DNA of 64,000 nt, taken from assembly GCA_030591685.1 (NCBI GenBank), contig JAUVAX010000005.1, positions 31,106 to 95,105 on the forward strand, in the 5' to 3' direction. Position numbers and translations under genes: made by a program. This stretch comes from Pseudobdellovibrionaceae bacterium (GTDB lineage Bacteria; Bdellovibrionota; Bdellovibrionia; Bdellovibrionales; UBA1609). Each line of letters starts with the position of its first letter. The first letter of the stretch is position 1. The notes beneath the pieces were generated by a model. The model did no database searches, had not been told where the DNA came from, and worked only from the letters and a program-made list of their open reading frames with translations. Shown here in pieces: positions 30,420-40,035 of this stretch.

Positions 30420-32447
30420 CTATTGCGCCGCAAACACAAATGGATACTCAACTATATACTCTTGATCTCCTGGCGGCTCTGGGAACCTTAAACCTGCGAT
30501 TCTCCTCATTACACACGCCCCTAGGCGATTACTATTTGTTGAATTTGATGAAACTTTAATTTTTTTCACCTTCCCGCCCTCAACAACAGTCCATTTAATG
30601 CTTACTTTACCAAAGACAGAGGAGTTTCTAGTTCTCTCCCTTGTATAGCAATGCTGTATAGACCTTTTATTTTGCTGGATCACCCTTCTGACGGCATCCC
30701 TGTCTACAGATCCTTCAAAAAACGCCTCTTCTCCACCAAAATTTACATTTACCTTACCCTTTGAGCCGAATCCACCACTACCAGAGCCACGATTTCCAGT
30801 GCCGCGGCCCTTAGTGCCTATGGCTCCAATTCCGATAGTTGAGGCTCCGCTTCCGGAAGTGGCCTGCTTTAATGACGACCCAACACCCTTTCCGGCACGA
30901 TTTGAGGCAAAGCCACTCGCCCCAGAGGAACCCTCAGCAATACCCATAAGCTCACCACTCCCACTTGAGGCCTGATTGAGTTTCTCTCGAATCCCTCCAC
31001 CAGAAAGAGCCCCTAGTAGTCCTGTTTTAGAAACATCCTTTTTAACACTTTTTGCACTTTTCCCTGTTCTTCGAGATGTTTTCTTGCTCCCACCAGAGCG
31101 AGTAGCCACAGGGGTTCTCTTTGATTTCTTCCTTTTAGGCTTTTTAGGGGCCGCTACAGAGGCCGCCTTTCCAGGATCTTTTTTAGTTATATTCTGCTTG
31201 TTCTCACTTTTTTTACCCTGAGAGGTTGCCTGTTTTTGCTCCTGCTTAACAGGAACAACTATTGGCACTTTCGGAGGGGAGAATGTAACAACAGCTCTCC
31301 TAATTCTCTCCTCAACAAGAGTTTCTTCATCAATGTCTGGGCTGACGACAAACATATAAAATGAAAATAAAACCCCCACAAGACCAGCCAAAACTAAACT
31401 TGTTACTTCAGTTGCCGAGAAATCTAAGAAAGGGGCTGCGATAGGTTTTTGTGTCGGTTTAGTGAAACGAACAATCACCTCAATAGATCCGCCTGGCAAT
31501 TTTAAATGTATCAACTCACCTTGATTTAAAGTCATGTCAATAGGATTAGAACCCGCACCGCTTTTGGCTCTGAGCTCAGCAAAAGGACGCTTACTGTTGT
31601 CTTTTGAAATAATATGACCCGAAGTGTCTACATCAGCATAGACTATTACTGAATCCGAAATCGTCAGCAAGCGAATCGCAGGGGCATCCCCCATGATCGG
31701 AACTCTAATTTCGCACTCTCGATTGGTGCCAATGCTAACTGTCCCCTTGGTTCTAAAAATATAAGTACCAATAACTCTTTCCTGCCACGCAACTATCACC
31801 TCAACGAGGTCACCCTCGCCAACACCAACAATTTCTGGCAGCTCCTTATTTATACTATTTGGAGCAAAAGACTTTTTACCAAATTCTGATGACAAAAGAA
31901 TATCTTTAACTTCACTGTCCTCAGAGGGCTCAGTCACTAAGGGGTCATCTTCTGAGTGTTCAGGACCACTCCCTGGCATCTTAGGAGGCTCAGTACTTTT
32001 CTTATTACCTTTAATGAAGGTCTTCAATTTTGACTTAAGAGCGCTGCTAACAACAGTTTTAGCCTCATTCTCAATAGGGATTTTAAGTTCTTTTTCTACA
32101 GTCTCGTTTTCTGCATTCTCATTTATTTTGGGAGGCGCCACAGGTTTAGGCACTCCAATAAAAAATTCAATCTTATAATCACCAATTTCTATTGAATCAT
32201 TTGAGTTAATTTTTTCATCTAATACTTTTTTACCATTTTTAAGTGTCCCTGAGGATGAGCCTAAATCAGATATATAGTGGCCCTCGTCCCTCTCTTCAAT
32301 AAGAGCATGTAACGGAGATACCGAATCACCCACCAAACACACTTGAGCCTCATTATTGGCACCAATAACAACCTGGTCTGATTTAAATTGCTTTACATCA
32401 ATTAATTTATTTTTTAAATAAATTCGCAATAAGATAGGTGGTTTCAA
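30420..32447 (-). CDS. gltG: FHA domain, TM and TonB-C-like protein (GltG/PglI/AgmX-like)
   Basis: FHA (VSPLHA...DLGSSSGT), single TM, Lys/Gly-rich linker and C-terminal HCY...GKV...CV...FPEP...YPFVF domain. Confidence 0.85.
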   Translation of the reverse strand: MKPPILLRIYLKNKLIDVKQFKSDQVVIGANNEAQVCLVGDSVSPLHALIEERDEGHYISDLGSSSGTLKNGKKVLDEKINSNDSIEIGDYKIEFFIGVPKPVAPPKINENAENETVEKELKIPIENEAKTVVSSALKSKLKTFIKGNKKSTEPPKMPGSGPEHSEDDPLVTEPSEDSEVKDILLSSEFGKKSFAPNSINKELPEIVGVGEGDLVEVIVAWQERVIGTYIFRTKGTVSIGTNRECEIRVPIMGDAPAIRLLTISDSVIVYADVDTSGHIISKDNSKRPFAELRAKSGAGSNPIDMTLNQGELIHLKLPGGSIEVIVRFTKPTQKPIAAPFLDFSATEVTSLVLAGLVGVLFSFYMFVVSPDIDEETLVEERIRRAVVTFSPPKVPIVVPVKQEQKQATSQGKKSENKQNITKKDPGKAASVAAPKKPKRKKSKRTPVATRSGGSKKTSRRTGKSAKSVKKDVSKTGLLGALSGGGIREKLNQASSGSGELMGIAEGSSGASGFASNRAGKGVGSSLKQATSGSGASTIGIGAIGTKGRGTGNRGSGSGGFGSKGKVNVNFGGEEAFFEGSVDRDAVRRVIQQNKRSIQHCYTRERTRNSSVFGKVSIKWTVVEGGKVKKIKVSSNSTNSNRLGACVMRRIAGLRFPEPPGDQEYIVEYPFVFAAQ

Positions 32448-32725
32448 TCCCCACTCCCCGTTTGATGAATGTCCTCAGCTGTACTTCTCATCTCAGGTAA
32501 AAAGTTTTTTCTTAACCTAATTAATTTTTTAAAATTGTACTCTTTCCTTTCAAGAAGGTAGAAAAGCTCTGGCCTTTGAGAACCACCTTTTATTAAATCA
32601 TCCTGAAAGTTTAATACTTGGGTTTTACTGCGTCTTTTTTTCCGTTTAGATTTTGCAATAACATCGCCGGCAGAAGATAAACAAAAAATGATTAAAATTA
32701 ATTTTAAAAAATTATTTTTTCTCAT
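32444..32725 (-). CDS. gltF: Small secreted protein, GltF-like
   Basis: Signal peptide, FQDDLIKG and LIRLRKNF motifs; located between gltD/E-like and gltG-like genes. Confidence 0.7.
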   Translation of the reverse strand: MRKNNFLKLILIIFCLSSAGDVIAKSKRKKRRSKTQVLNFQDDLIKGGSQRPELFYLLERKEYNFKKLIRLRKNFLPEMRSTAEDIHQTGSGD

Positions 32726-35700
32726 AGGCTTCCTTCTGCAGCTGATGGATCAATTTTACTTTTTTTCTATCACCTGTTAAGTACTTAATCTTTGTCAGCA
32801 ACATAGTGGCGTCACTCTTTTTATCAAGGTAACGAACTAATAATACAGCATAATTTAATAATATTGTAGCGTTCCTGGACTCAGCTAAGAATATTTCGTC
32901 TAAAATACTTTCCGCTTTTGAGTAGTCATTATTTCCGATGAGGGCTAGGGCATAGTTGTTTCCTATTGCCTGTGCTGTCTCATCACCATTCTTGATTCCA
33001 TCTTGTACAAAATCATATCCGTCTTCAAGAGAGCTGAGAGCTCGACCAAGGTCTCCATACTTCAGCGCAATGGCTCCTAAGTTTACAGCCGCTATTTCAT
33101 AATTAACATTAGCCCTAAGGCTTGATCTAAACGCATTAACAGCGTCTTTGATTTCTCCCTCTGAAACATAGAGGACTCCAAGATTATTTAAAGCAAATGC
33201 TGTGTCTTTTTTGGCCGTCTTTTTTATAATTCTATTTAAAAGCAGTTTAGACAAACCCCGCTCATTTTTATCATAATACAAGAGCGCCAAACTATTAAGA
33301 GCGACCACATCATCTGGGTCAGATGATAATATTTGAGCTGAAAGCTCAAATATCTTACTTGCATCTTTGACGCCTCTTAATTCTAAAAGGTTCTCCACTA
33401 CACTTTGATCTTTATACTTTGATAAATCCTCTTGCCCCTTTAACCTATCAAGAAGCTTTGTGGGCATGACTTCAAATTCAATAAGGGGCAGTGTTGTCTT
33501 TTCAAGACGACTTAGCTCTGGTTGAGCAACTCGACTAATCCAGTGAGAATACACCTCAAAAGTAAGTGCTTTCTCAACCGCCGCAGTATAACTTTCAATA
33601 GCGCTCTTTTTAAACGGCTCAGCCGCAAGAGCTATACCCTTTTTATATTCAATTTTCTCCTCTTTTGTGAGTCCCTTTGGCAACGGAGCTGAAAACAGTG
33701 CTGCAGACATATGTTGATTAGCCTGACCAATGGCCACTAGTGATGAGACAATTTGATAACCGTCATCATACTTCATGACTTCTTTTAACTGCTTTTTCAA
33801 TTTTTCAATCAATGCAATTTTAGTTTTTAAAACACGACCCTGACTTGAAGGGGACTTAGGAATTTTAATTTTTGAAAGCTGCGTATACAAATCATATGTT
33901 AATTTAAATTTTGCTTCAGCAGCATAAGCCACTCCAATCTTTTTACCACTTTTAGCTAAATTTTTCTGGATTCGAATTGTTTTTGTGTACCACTCCTTAG
34001 ATTTAGTTTTATAGTTCCTCTTCTCATAGAGATGCGCCAATTTATAGGCTGTCTCCATAACACCCTCGGCGCTTGATGGGTTTGATTCAAAATATCTTAA
34101 GTAGTACGAAGTCGCTTTTTTTACATTACGTCTTTTGCTCCATATTGTAGCAATAAGGTATAAGGCTTCTGCCCGCTGAGATGATTTTTCGAGGGCATAA
34201 TAGTTTTCAAAATTCCTGATGGCAGATTTGTAACGTCGCATCCCCATCCGAACAATCCCTGCATTGTAGTAAAATCCAGCTCTTTTTTTTGCGTTCTTAA
34301 CATCCGCTGCAGAACGCTCATATAAATCGGCCGCATTTGAGAACTGTCCTATTCTGTCATAAAGCTCGGCTAAAAAAACTATGGACTTTCTCTTTAGGTC
34401 TATGTCCTTTTTTCTCGCGACACTTATAACCATTTTGTAGTTTTCAATGGCTGGAAGCACCTTCCCCGCGCGACTATAGTTTATTGCCGCATTATAATAA
34501 GCACTTGTTTTAAGGTCCGAAGATTTATGTTTCTTTGCAAACACAGCATATCCTTCAGCACTTTTAACATAATTTTTACCCCGCTCGAGTTCCCGAGCTT
34601 GCTTAAATCCTGTTTTCTCAAGTATTGCTCGCACCTGATTACCAAACTTAGTTTTCGATAGTGTCGGAATCTTTAACATACCCATGGCTGCCGTATGCAG
34701 ACCCACAAAATCTTTTTTAGTGTTATAGGTGTCTAAAATTATGTGACCCGAGTTTTCAGCATATTTGCTATTAGGGTGTTTTTTAACAATTTCATCATAA
34801 AGCTCTAGAGCCTTATCAACATGATTATAGGCATGATACAGATTCGCCAGCTTGTACTTAACAGCAACAATATTTTTACTCTTTGGCATAGCTTTAAAGT
34901 ATTTGAAAACTACTCGCTCAAAAAGTTTTGTATTTCTATCTAAAGCGATGGGGACACTGCTCGTCCCAACAATTTTTTTTATTTTTTCCTCAGAAGGCAG
35001 ATCCTTCTCCATTGATAATATTGCATTCAGTGTAGATTTTTCGTAGTACTTACTTTTGGGGTCATTTTCTGCAACCCATAAGTAATGTTCAGCAGCCGAT
35101 TTATACCGACCCATATCATAAAGCAATTCTCCATAATAAAAATGCATATCTCCGCTGTGTTTTGTGCTTTTAAATGATTTAAAATAGGCCTTGTACCCAT
35201 CACTTGCAAACTTTTGAGAGTCCTTACCTCTTGAGTTCTGTGCTGTTTGATGGTTTTGCAAAGTATATGTTCTTAGTGTTGTTTCAACAAGTGATAGTGA
35301 CTTTTCTACAAGCTCAGGGTTTTTATTTTTATTTTGCCTGGTCCACCGGCTATCCGGGCCAAATCTTCTGACCCAGTCAAACAACTCTCTTCTAAAAACC
35401 GGGAGTGCATCCTTTGTCGAGTACATAGTAACAATCTGATATTGATAGTCATAGGACTTTGCGCTTGATGGATTTTTTGAAATTAACTCTGTAAACACAT
35501 ATCTTGCTGCCGTCTTCTTTCCCATATCAACATAAAGATAAGCTAAACGCTCAAGAAGCTGGTCCACTTCTTTTGAAGACCAATGCTTTGAGAAGTACCT
35601 TCTAGCATTCTTATGATTACCCGCTTCAGAAAAGAACAATACCATGTTTGAACGGGACTCATCAATAAGTCGTATCCCTCTTCTATTGAGTCGTTTATTT

Positions 35701-36563
35701 TTACGACCCACACGAACGACCTTCTCTAAATATTTGAGTCCTTTTTTTGCCTGACCTAATTTAAAATAACACCAGCCGGCCTTATAGAGTGAAAAGGAAT
35801 AAAGCTTTGATTTTTTTCGTTTTGAAACCGCCAAGTAGTTCCCTAGGGCTTTGCCCCAGTTTTCGTTTTCAAAATAATACTCAGCGATTGCAAAGTACGA
35901 CTCCCCAACAAAACGACTTCTTGAGTGATTTTTGAGTAGCTGCCTATAGTAAGTTAAACCTTTTTTTATATTCCCAAGCTCAAATTCATTGTATCCTAAA
36001 AAAAACAAAGCTTGATCTATCTTACTATCTTTTGGGAAGTCCTTTAAGAACCAATGATAAAGTTCAATTGATTTTTTATTATACACATATGATGGCTTTA
36101 AATTAAGTTTTGGAATTCGCTTAAGTTTACCTTTTTGATATAATGATAACCTTCTGTCATAGTCGAACTGAAGTCTTAACTCTATAGCACGGGCCTTATC
36201 AACATACGCTTCTGCTAGGCGAAGCCATATTTCACCTCTCGTTTTACTTTTTCTATATTTTTTAGTGAGCTTGTATAGCTGCTTTATCTCCTCATCAGTG
36301 ATTCTCTCAAGCCTATTAGCGCCACTATCTGATACCGTACTTGTTGGAAATGATAGTGGTGGCTTGATCTTGCGCACTTTTATTTTCCCAAGTCCGCCAG
36401 TCGCTCCTTTAAATTTTGGTAACGCTGTTTTATATTTATTAATTTTAATTTTCTTGGATTTAACTTTTATATTTTTTAGTATATCTCCAATAGTGCGCTC
36501 CTTTGCGCCCGCAGGAGACCCCAAAAGAAGTATAAATACAAGACAAGAAAATCTAGACATCAA
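32712..36563 (-). CDS. gltD: Large periplasmic TPR protein, GltD/AgmU-like with a probable fused GltE/AglT-like C-terminus
   Basis: Signal peptide, many TPRs (LRLAE, DQALFFLGY, YKAGWCYF), 1283 aa, cluster context. Confidence 0.8.
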   Translation of the reverse strand: MMSRFSCLVFILLLGSPAGAKERTIGDILKNIKVKSKKIKINKYKTALPKFKGATGGLGKIKVRKIKPPLSFPTSTVSDSGANRLERITDEEIKQLYKLTKKYRKSKTRGEIWLRLAEAYVDKARAIELRLQFDYDRRLSLYQKGKLKRIPKLNLKPSYVYNKKSIELYHWFLKDFPKDSKIDQALFFLGYNEFELGNIKKGLTYYRQLLKNHSRSRFVGESYFAIAEYYFENENWGKALGNYLAVSKRKKSKLYSFSLYKAGWCYFKLGQAKKGLKYLEKVVRVGRKNKRLNRRGIRLIDESRSNMVLFFSEAGNHKNARRYFSKHWSSKEVDQLLERLAYLYVDMGKKTAARYVFTELISKNPSSAKSYDYQYQIVTMYSTKDALPVFRRELFDWVRRFGPDSRWTRQNKNKNPELVEKSLSLVETTLRTYTLQNHQTAQNSRGKDSQKFASDGYKAYFKSFKSTKHSGDMHFYYGELLYDMGRYKSAAEHYLWVAENDPKSKYYEKSTLNAILSMEKDLPSEEKIKKIVGTSSVPIALDRNTKLFERVVFKYFKAMPKSKNIVAVKYKLANLYHAYNHVDKALELYDEIVKKHPNSKYAENSGHIILDTYNTKKDFVGLHTAAMGMLKIPTLSKTKFGNQVRAILEKTGFKQARELERGKNYVKSAEGYAVFAKKHKSSDLKTSAYYNAAINYSRAGKVLPAIENYKMVISVARKKDIDLKRKSIVFLAELYDRIGQFSNAADLYERSAADVKNAKKRAGFYYNAGIVRMGMRRYKSAIRNFENYYALEKSSQRAEALYLIATIWSKRRNVKKATSYYLRYFESNPSSAEGVMETAYKLAHLYEKRNYKTKSKEWYTKTIRIQKNLAKSGKKIGVAYAAEAKFKLTYDLYTQLSKIKIPKSPSSQGRVLKTKIALIEKLKKQLKEVMKYDDGYQIVSSLVAIGQANQHMSAALFSAPLPKGLTKEEKIEYKKGIALAAEPFKKSAIESYTAAVEKALTFEVYSHWISRVAQPELSRLEKTTLPLIEFEVMPTKLLDRLKGQEDLSKYKDQSVVENLLELRGVKDASKIFELSAQILSSDPDDVVALNSLALLYYDKNERGLSKLLLNRIIKKTAKKDTAFALNNLGVLYVSEGEIKDAVNAFRSSLRANVNYEIAAVNLGAIALKYGDLGRALSSLEDGYDFVQDGIKNGDETAQAIGNNYALALIGNNDYSKAESILDEIFLAESRNATILLNYAVLLVRYLDKKSDATMLLTKIKYLTGDRKKVKLIHQLQKEAYEKK

Positions 36564-36570
36564 ACACCCT

Positions 36571-38244
36571 CTACTGACAAGACTGAACCCCTACATAATG
36601 ATAGTTCCCCAGCTCATCAAGCCAGTACTCGCCATTAAAGGGCCAGTATTCATAACCATTTTGAACATAATAGTCTCGCTCACTTTTTTCATTCACTTGT
36701 AGGTCGCCCAATCCCTTACCTGCGACCTCTTTTTTAACGGCTTGCTTTTTACCCTTCAGCATTTCAAATCGAATAAAATCTTGCTGCTCGAAGAGGCTGA
36801 ATAATTCACTTTTAATATTTATTAAATGATTCAACACAAGTCGGCCAGCCTTTGCCTTGGCCTTTTCAAGACGAGTTTGAATGATTCTTTTTGAATACTT
36901 TCCAATAGATGATTTACGCCAAAAAGAAGGTCTTTTTTTAATGTTTCTGATTTCTTTTTGTAATTTAACAATGTATTGATGATTTCTTCTAACGTCACCC
37001 TCGCCAAATACCTTCCTTGCAACAACGTAGGGGAGCTTCCACCTAAAGTCTGACTCTTTTTTTATGCCTAAGTCTATAGCTGATACCTGTGCCATATATT
37101 TATATAAGTGAGCGCTGTCTTTATAAGTATCTAATACGTTAAGTGTTTTTTTGTGAACAGGCTTATAAATTTTTTCAAATAAGTTTAATACCTTCTGCAT
37201 TTCATCATATTTACATATGTATAAATATATTATACCCCTTAACAGTAATGACTCTGGCTGATAGACATCCTCATAGTAAGTCGAGTGTATTGTATGAAAA
37301 TTACTTAATGCCGACCTAAACCGACCCGTTCTCAACATCGCCCAGCTAGATTCAAATAAAGTGTCATGCCAAAATTTTGTATCCCTAGGAACTTCCCTGT
37401 AGGCCTCAATGGATCGATTCCATTTTTTCATCTGATAAAGTGTTCGCGCCTTACCCATAAGGGCCGCTACTCGAGGAGCATCAGTAAACCCCTGTTCAGC
37501 TCGTACATTATAAAGCAAATTAAATGTTTTCAAGGCTAACTTGTTTTTCTTCAACTGTGCGTAAGCTAGCCCTTGCATATATTTAGCATTAGGATAGTGA
37601 CGGCTTCCGGGCGCTACTTTTTTAAACGACGAAATACTTTCTAAAACATTATCATTATTATACTGATACTCACCAATTCTAAAATAGAGCATACTCCTGT
37701 GAGCCTTTGGAAACTGGTTTACTTTTACCTTTGAAATGGCATAGTTAAGAAGTGTGTCGTCGCCTAAGTAATCAGCCGCTAGGGATAATTTTTCTAAACT
37801 CTGCCTCAAATATTTGCTGTTCCCCTGCTTCACAATATTAATAAATTGAAAAGCCGAGACTTGGTTGAATTTCATTTGGTAGAGCATTAACCCCAGAATA
37901 TACTTAATTTGCGTTCTCTTATCTTTATAATAGGGGTCCAAACTTAACTGAAATAATTGAATCGAAGCTTTCTCGTACTTACCCTGCTTTGCTAGCTTTA
38001 AGGCCCCTATAAGCTTTGGTCTTTTTTGCGCCCGTCTACCTCTACTTCTCTTGCTCCGAGCCCTTCGTTGCTTAAGCTTTCTTTTTCTAGCGTTTCTTTT
38101 AGCGCGCCGCTTAGCCCTACTAGATTTTGCGGCAACCATACTAGACTCTGATGCTACTTCGTTAATGGACACATCGTTAAGAGCCGTAGCCCCTGGTGAT
38201 ATCAAAAAACTAAAAAGTACGATTGTAGTAATTATTAACTTCAT
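36571..38244 (-). CDS. gltC: TPR protein, GltC-like
   Basis: Signal peptide, TPRs, LFESSWA and C-terminal WPFNGEYWLDELGNY motif. Confidence 0.8.
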   Translation of the reverse strand: MKLIITTIVLFSFLISPGATALNDVSINEVASESSMVAAKSSRAKRRAKRNARKRKLKQRRARSKRSRGRRAQKRPKLIGALKLAKQGKYEKASIQLFQLSLDPYYKDKRTQIKYILGLMLYQMKFNQVSAFQFINIVKQGNSKYLRQSLEKLSLAADYLGDDTLLNYAISKVKVNQFPKAHRSMLYFRIGEYQYNNDNVLESISSFKKVAPGSRHYPNAKYMQGLAYAQLKKNKLALKTFNLLYNVRAEQGFTDAPRVAALMGKARTLYQMKKWNRSIEAYREVPRDTKFWHDTLFESSWAMLRTGRFRSALSNFHTIHSTYYEDVYQPESLLLRGIIYLYICKYDEMQKVLNLFEKIYKPVHKKTLNVLDTYKDSAHLYKYMAQVSAIDLGIKKESDFRWKLPYVVARKVFGEGDVRRNHQYIVKLQKEIRNIKKRPSFWRKSSIGKYSKRIIQTRLEKAKAKAGRLVLNHLINIKSELFSLFEQQDFIRFEMLKGKKQAVKKEVAGKGLGDLQVNEKSERDYYVQNGYEYWPFNGEYWLDELGNYHYVGVQSCQ

Positions 38245-39056
38245 CGGTAAGTTGCCTCCGGAAAGTAAAAGCTAGCACCTATGGATAAAAATATATCATT
38301 TTGTGAAGCGGTGATGGTGCCCGCCTGATTTGCCTTAGCTGTATAGTTGTGCATCGACAAATCTACCTTTAGAGCCATTGATTTATTAAATGCATAGGTC
38401 TGCCCTGCACCAAAGGTGAGCGTAAATGCATCTTCAAAATCAGTGTTTGTTATCCCTGCGCCAATAATAAAATATGTGTCATAGTGAAATATTGTTTTAT
38501 TTAAAAGTGCTGTTTTACCATAAAAGGGAGTCCACTTAAAACTCCCACCGTAATAAGTATTTGAGAAGGCTCCAAATGTATTTATGGTTTGATCCTCCAA
38601 CCCCTTTGAAATGGACTTCTTTGTTGGCGACAAGGCAAAGTAATCAACCTCAACAGCGTAGTGAGTGTTAAAAAAGTAACTCCCCTTAAAGGCCAGCCCC
38701 ACATTGTTAAAAAAGGGGTTATTCATGCCTACAGCCAGAAGGCTACTTAACTCGTATCTACCGGAGGTCGGCAAAAATCTTCTTTGCACTACGGCAATGT
38801 CAGAAAAAGGCTCAAGATCAGAAAGAACAGCTAGCTTCCCTTTCCTTCTAGACTTCCTTCTTATGATTTTTTTTCTTTTTTTAATTTTCTGTTTTCGCTG
38901 CTCGCCTTCTTTATCTATTCTATCGTAAAGAGCTTCAACATCATCTTTTGAATCAAAACCAGACTGTGAAAAACCCTGTATTGGAAATATAAACATCATA
39001 CATATACTTGTAAGGATTAGGTTTAAACACCAAATGTTATTTTTGTGATAAATCAT
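38241..39056 (-). CDS. Outer-membrane beta-barrel protein (GltA/GltB-like)
   Basis: Signal peptide, IAVVQRRF, WTPFYGK and GAG beta-strand pattern. Confidence 0.85.
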   Translation of the reverse strand: MIYHKNNIWCLNLILTSICMMFIFPIQGFSQSGFDSKDDVEALYDRIDKEGEQRKQKIKKRKKIIRRKSRRKGKLAVLSDLEPFSDIAVVQRRFLPTSGRYELSSLLAVGMNNPFFNNVGLAFKGSYFFNTHYAVEVDYFALSPTKKSISKGLEDQTINTFGAFSNTYYGGSFKWTPFYGKTALLNKTIFHYDTYFIIGAGITNTDFEDAFTLTFGAGQTYAFNKSMALKVDLSMHNYTAKANQAGTITASQNDIFLSIGASFYFPEATYR

Positions 39057-39069
39057 AGCTGCCCTTTGA

Positions 39070-39108
39070 TTTCTAAAGTATCTAAATATTACAGAGATAC
39101 ATTAGAAA
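39070..39108. repeat. 14-bp inverted repeat (1 mismatch, 11-nt loop) between the two barrel genes
   Basis: TTTCTAAAGTATCT ... AGATACATTAGAAA. Confidence 0.6.
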
Positions 39109-39145
39109 ACTGTAGGGTTATTCATCTAACTAGACCAATAGCAAC

Positions 39146-39874
39146 TTAGAATATGGCCACAAGGCCAGCCGTTAAATATTGACTAAAATAAGACCGTTTA
39201 GCAAAAGCCGACTCTGCCGGCGTGGGGTCTATACTTCGTAAATTCTGACTTGTGGGGTCTGGCCCCTGATACATTGAAAACATAAGGTCCAGTTTAAGCG
39301 CCCATTTTGGTGAAAAAAATAATTTTTGACCAAAACCAAGGTTTACAACAACCTCACTGAGTCCACCAAATTGAATTATACCCAATCCCCCTAAGGCATA
39401 AACAGATGTTGAGTAAACAGTTTTTTTAGAGAAGCTCAACTTTCCGTAATAGAGTGAATATTCGTAGTTGGCCGACAGCAGCATTGAGGGGTGAGGCGCT
39501 TTAGAGGCATCAAATTCTTTTCCCCCATCTCCATTAGCTAATTTTTTAGCATTATCAGTGAGCCCTCCTGACATACTTAATAGTGAAAAATTAATCCCCT
39601 GAGCCTCGTCGAGGTGATAAGTGCCGCTGATTCCGAGCAGAAGCGGGTTATATAGTGGCTCATTAAGGGCCAACCCTAAGTTAAAGCTAAGTTCAATTTT
39701 TTTAGTTAACACAATATTTCTATCTTTAACTGCAATTAATTTTGAAAACACAGGAACAACCGTTTCTGTTTCCAGATCTTCATCTAAAAACTCGATGACC
39801 TCCTTAGAGTATGTGAACTGAGAAAACACAATGCAGCTGAAAATTAAAAAAGCTCTTAAAAACATATATTTCAC
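39146..39874 (-). CDS. Outer-membrane beta-barrel protein (GltA/GltB-like)
   Basis: Signal peptide, YYGKLSF, GFGQKLFF and terminal Phe; paralog of the neighbouring gene. Confidence 0.85.
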   Translation of the reverse strand: MKYMFLRAFLIFSCIVFSQFTYSKEVIEFLDEDLETETVVPVFSKLIAVKDRNIVLTKKIELSFNLGLALNEPLYNPLLLGISGTYHLDEAQGINFSLLSMSGGLTDNAKKLANGDGGKEFDASKAPHPSMLLSANYEYSLYYGKLSFSKKTVYSTSVYALGGLGIIQFGGLSEVVVNLGFGQKLFFSPKWALKLDLMFSMYQGPDPTSQNLRSIDPTPAESAFAKRSYFSQYLTAGLVAIF

Positions 39875-40035
39875 CCCTTATTATTCTACATCATCATTTA
39901 AACAAGTCTAAAAAACTTTGGCTATAGCAAAACCTCAAGCTAGCCTTTAGTAGTTTAATTTTTTTCGTGCTTTTGTAAGTACCGGCTGCTTTTTAAGTGA
40001 TTTTTTATGAAGACTGTTCGAGATTCAAGGCTGAA

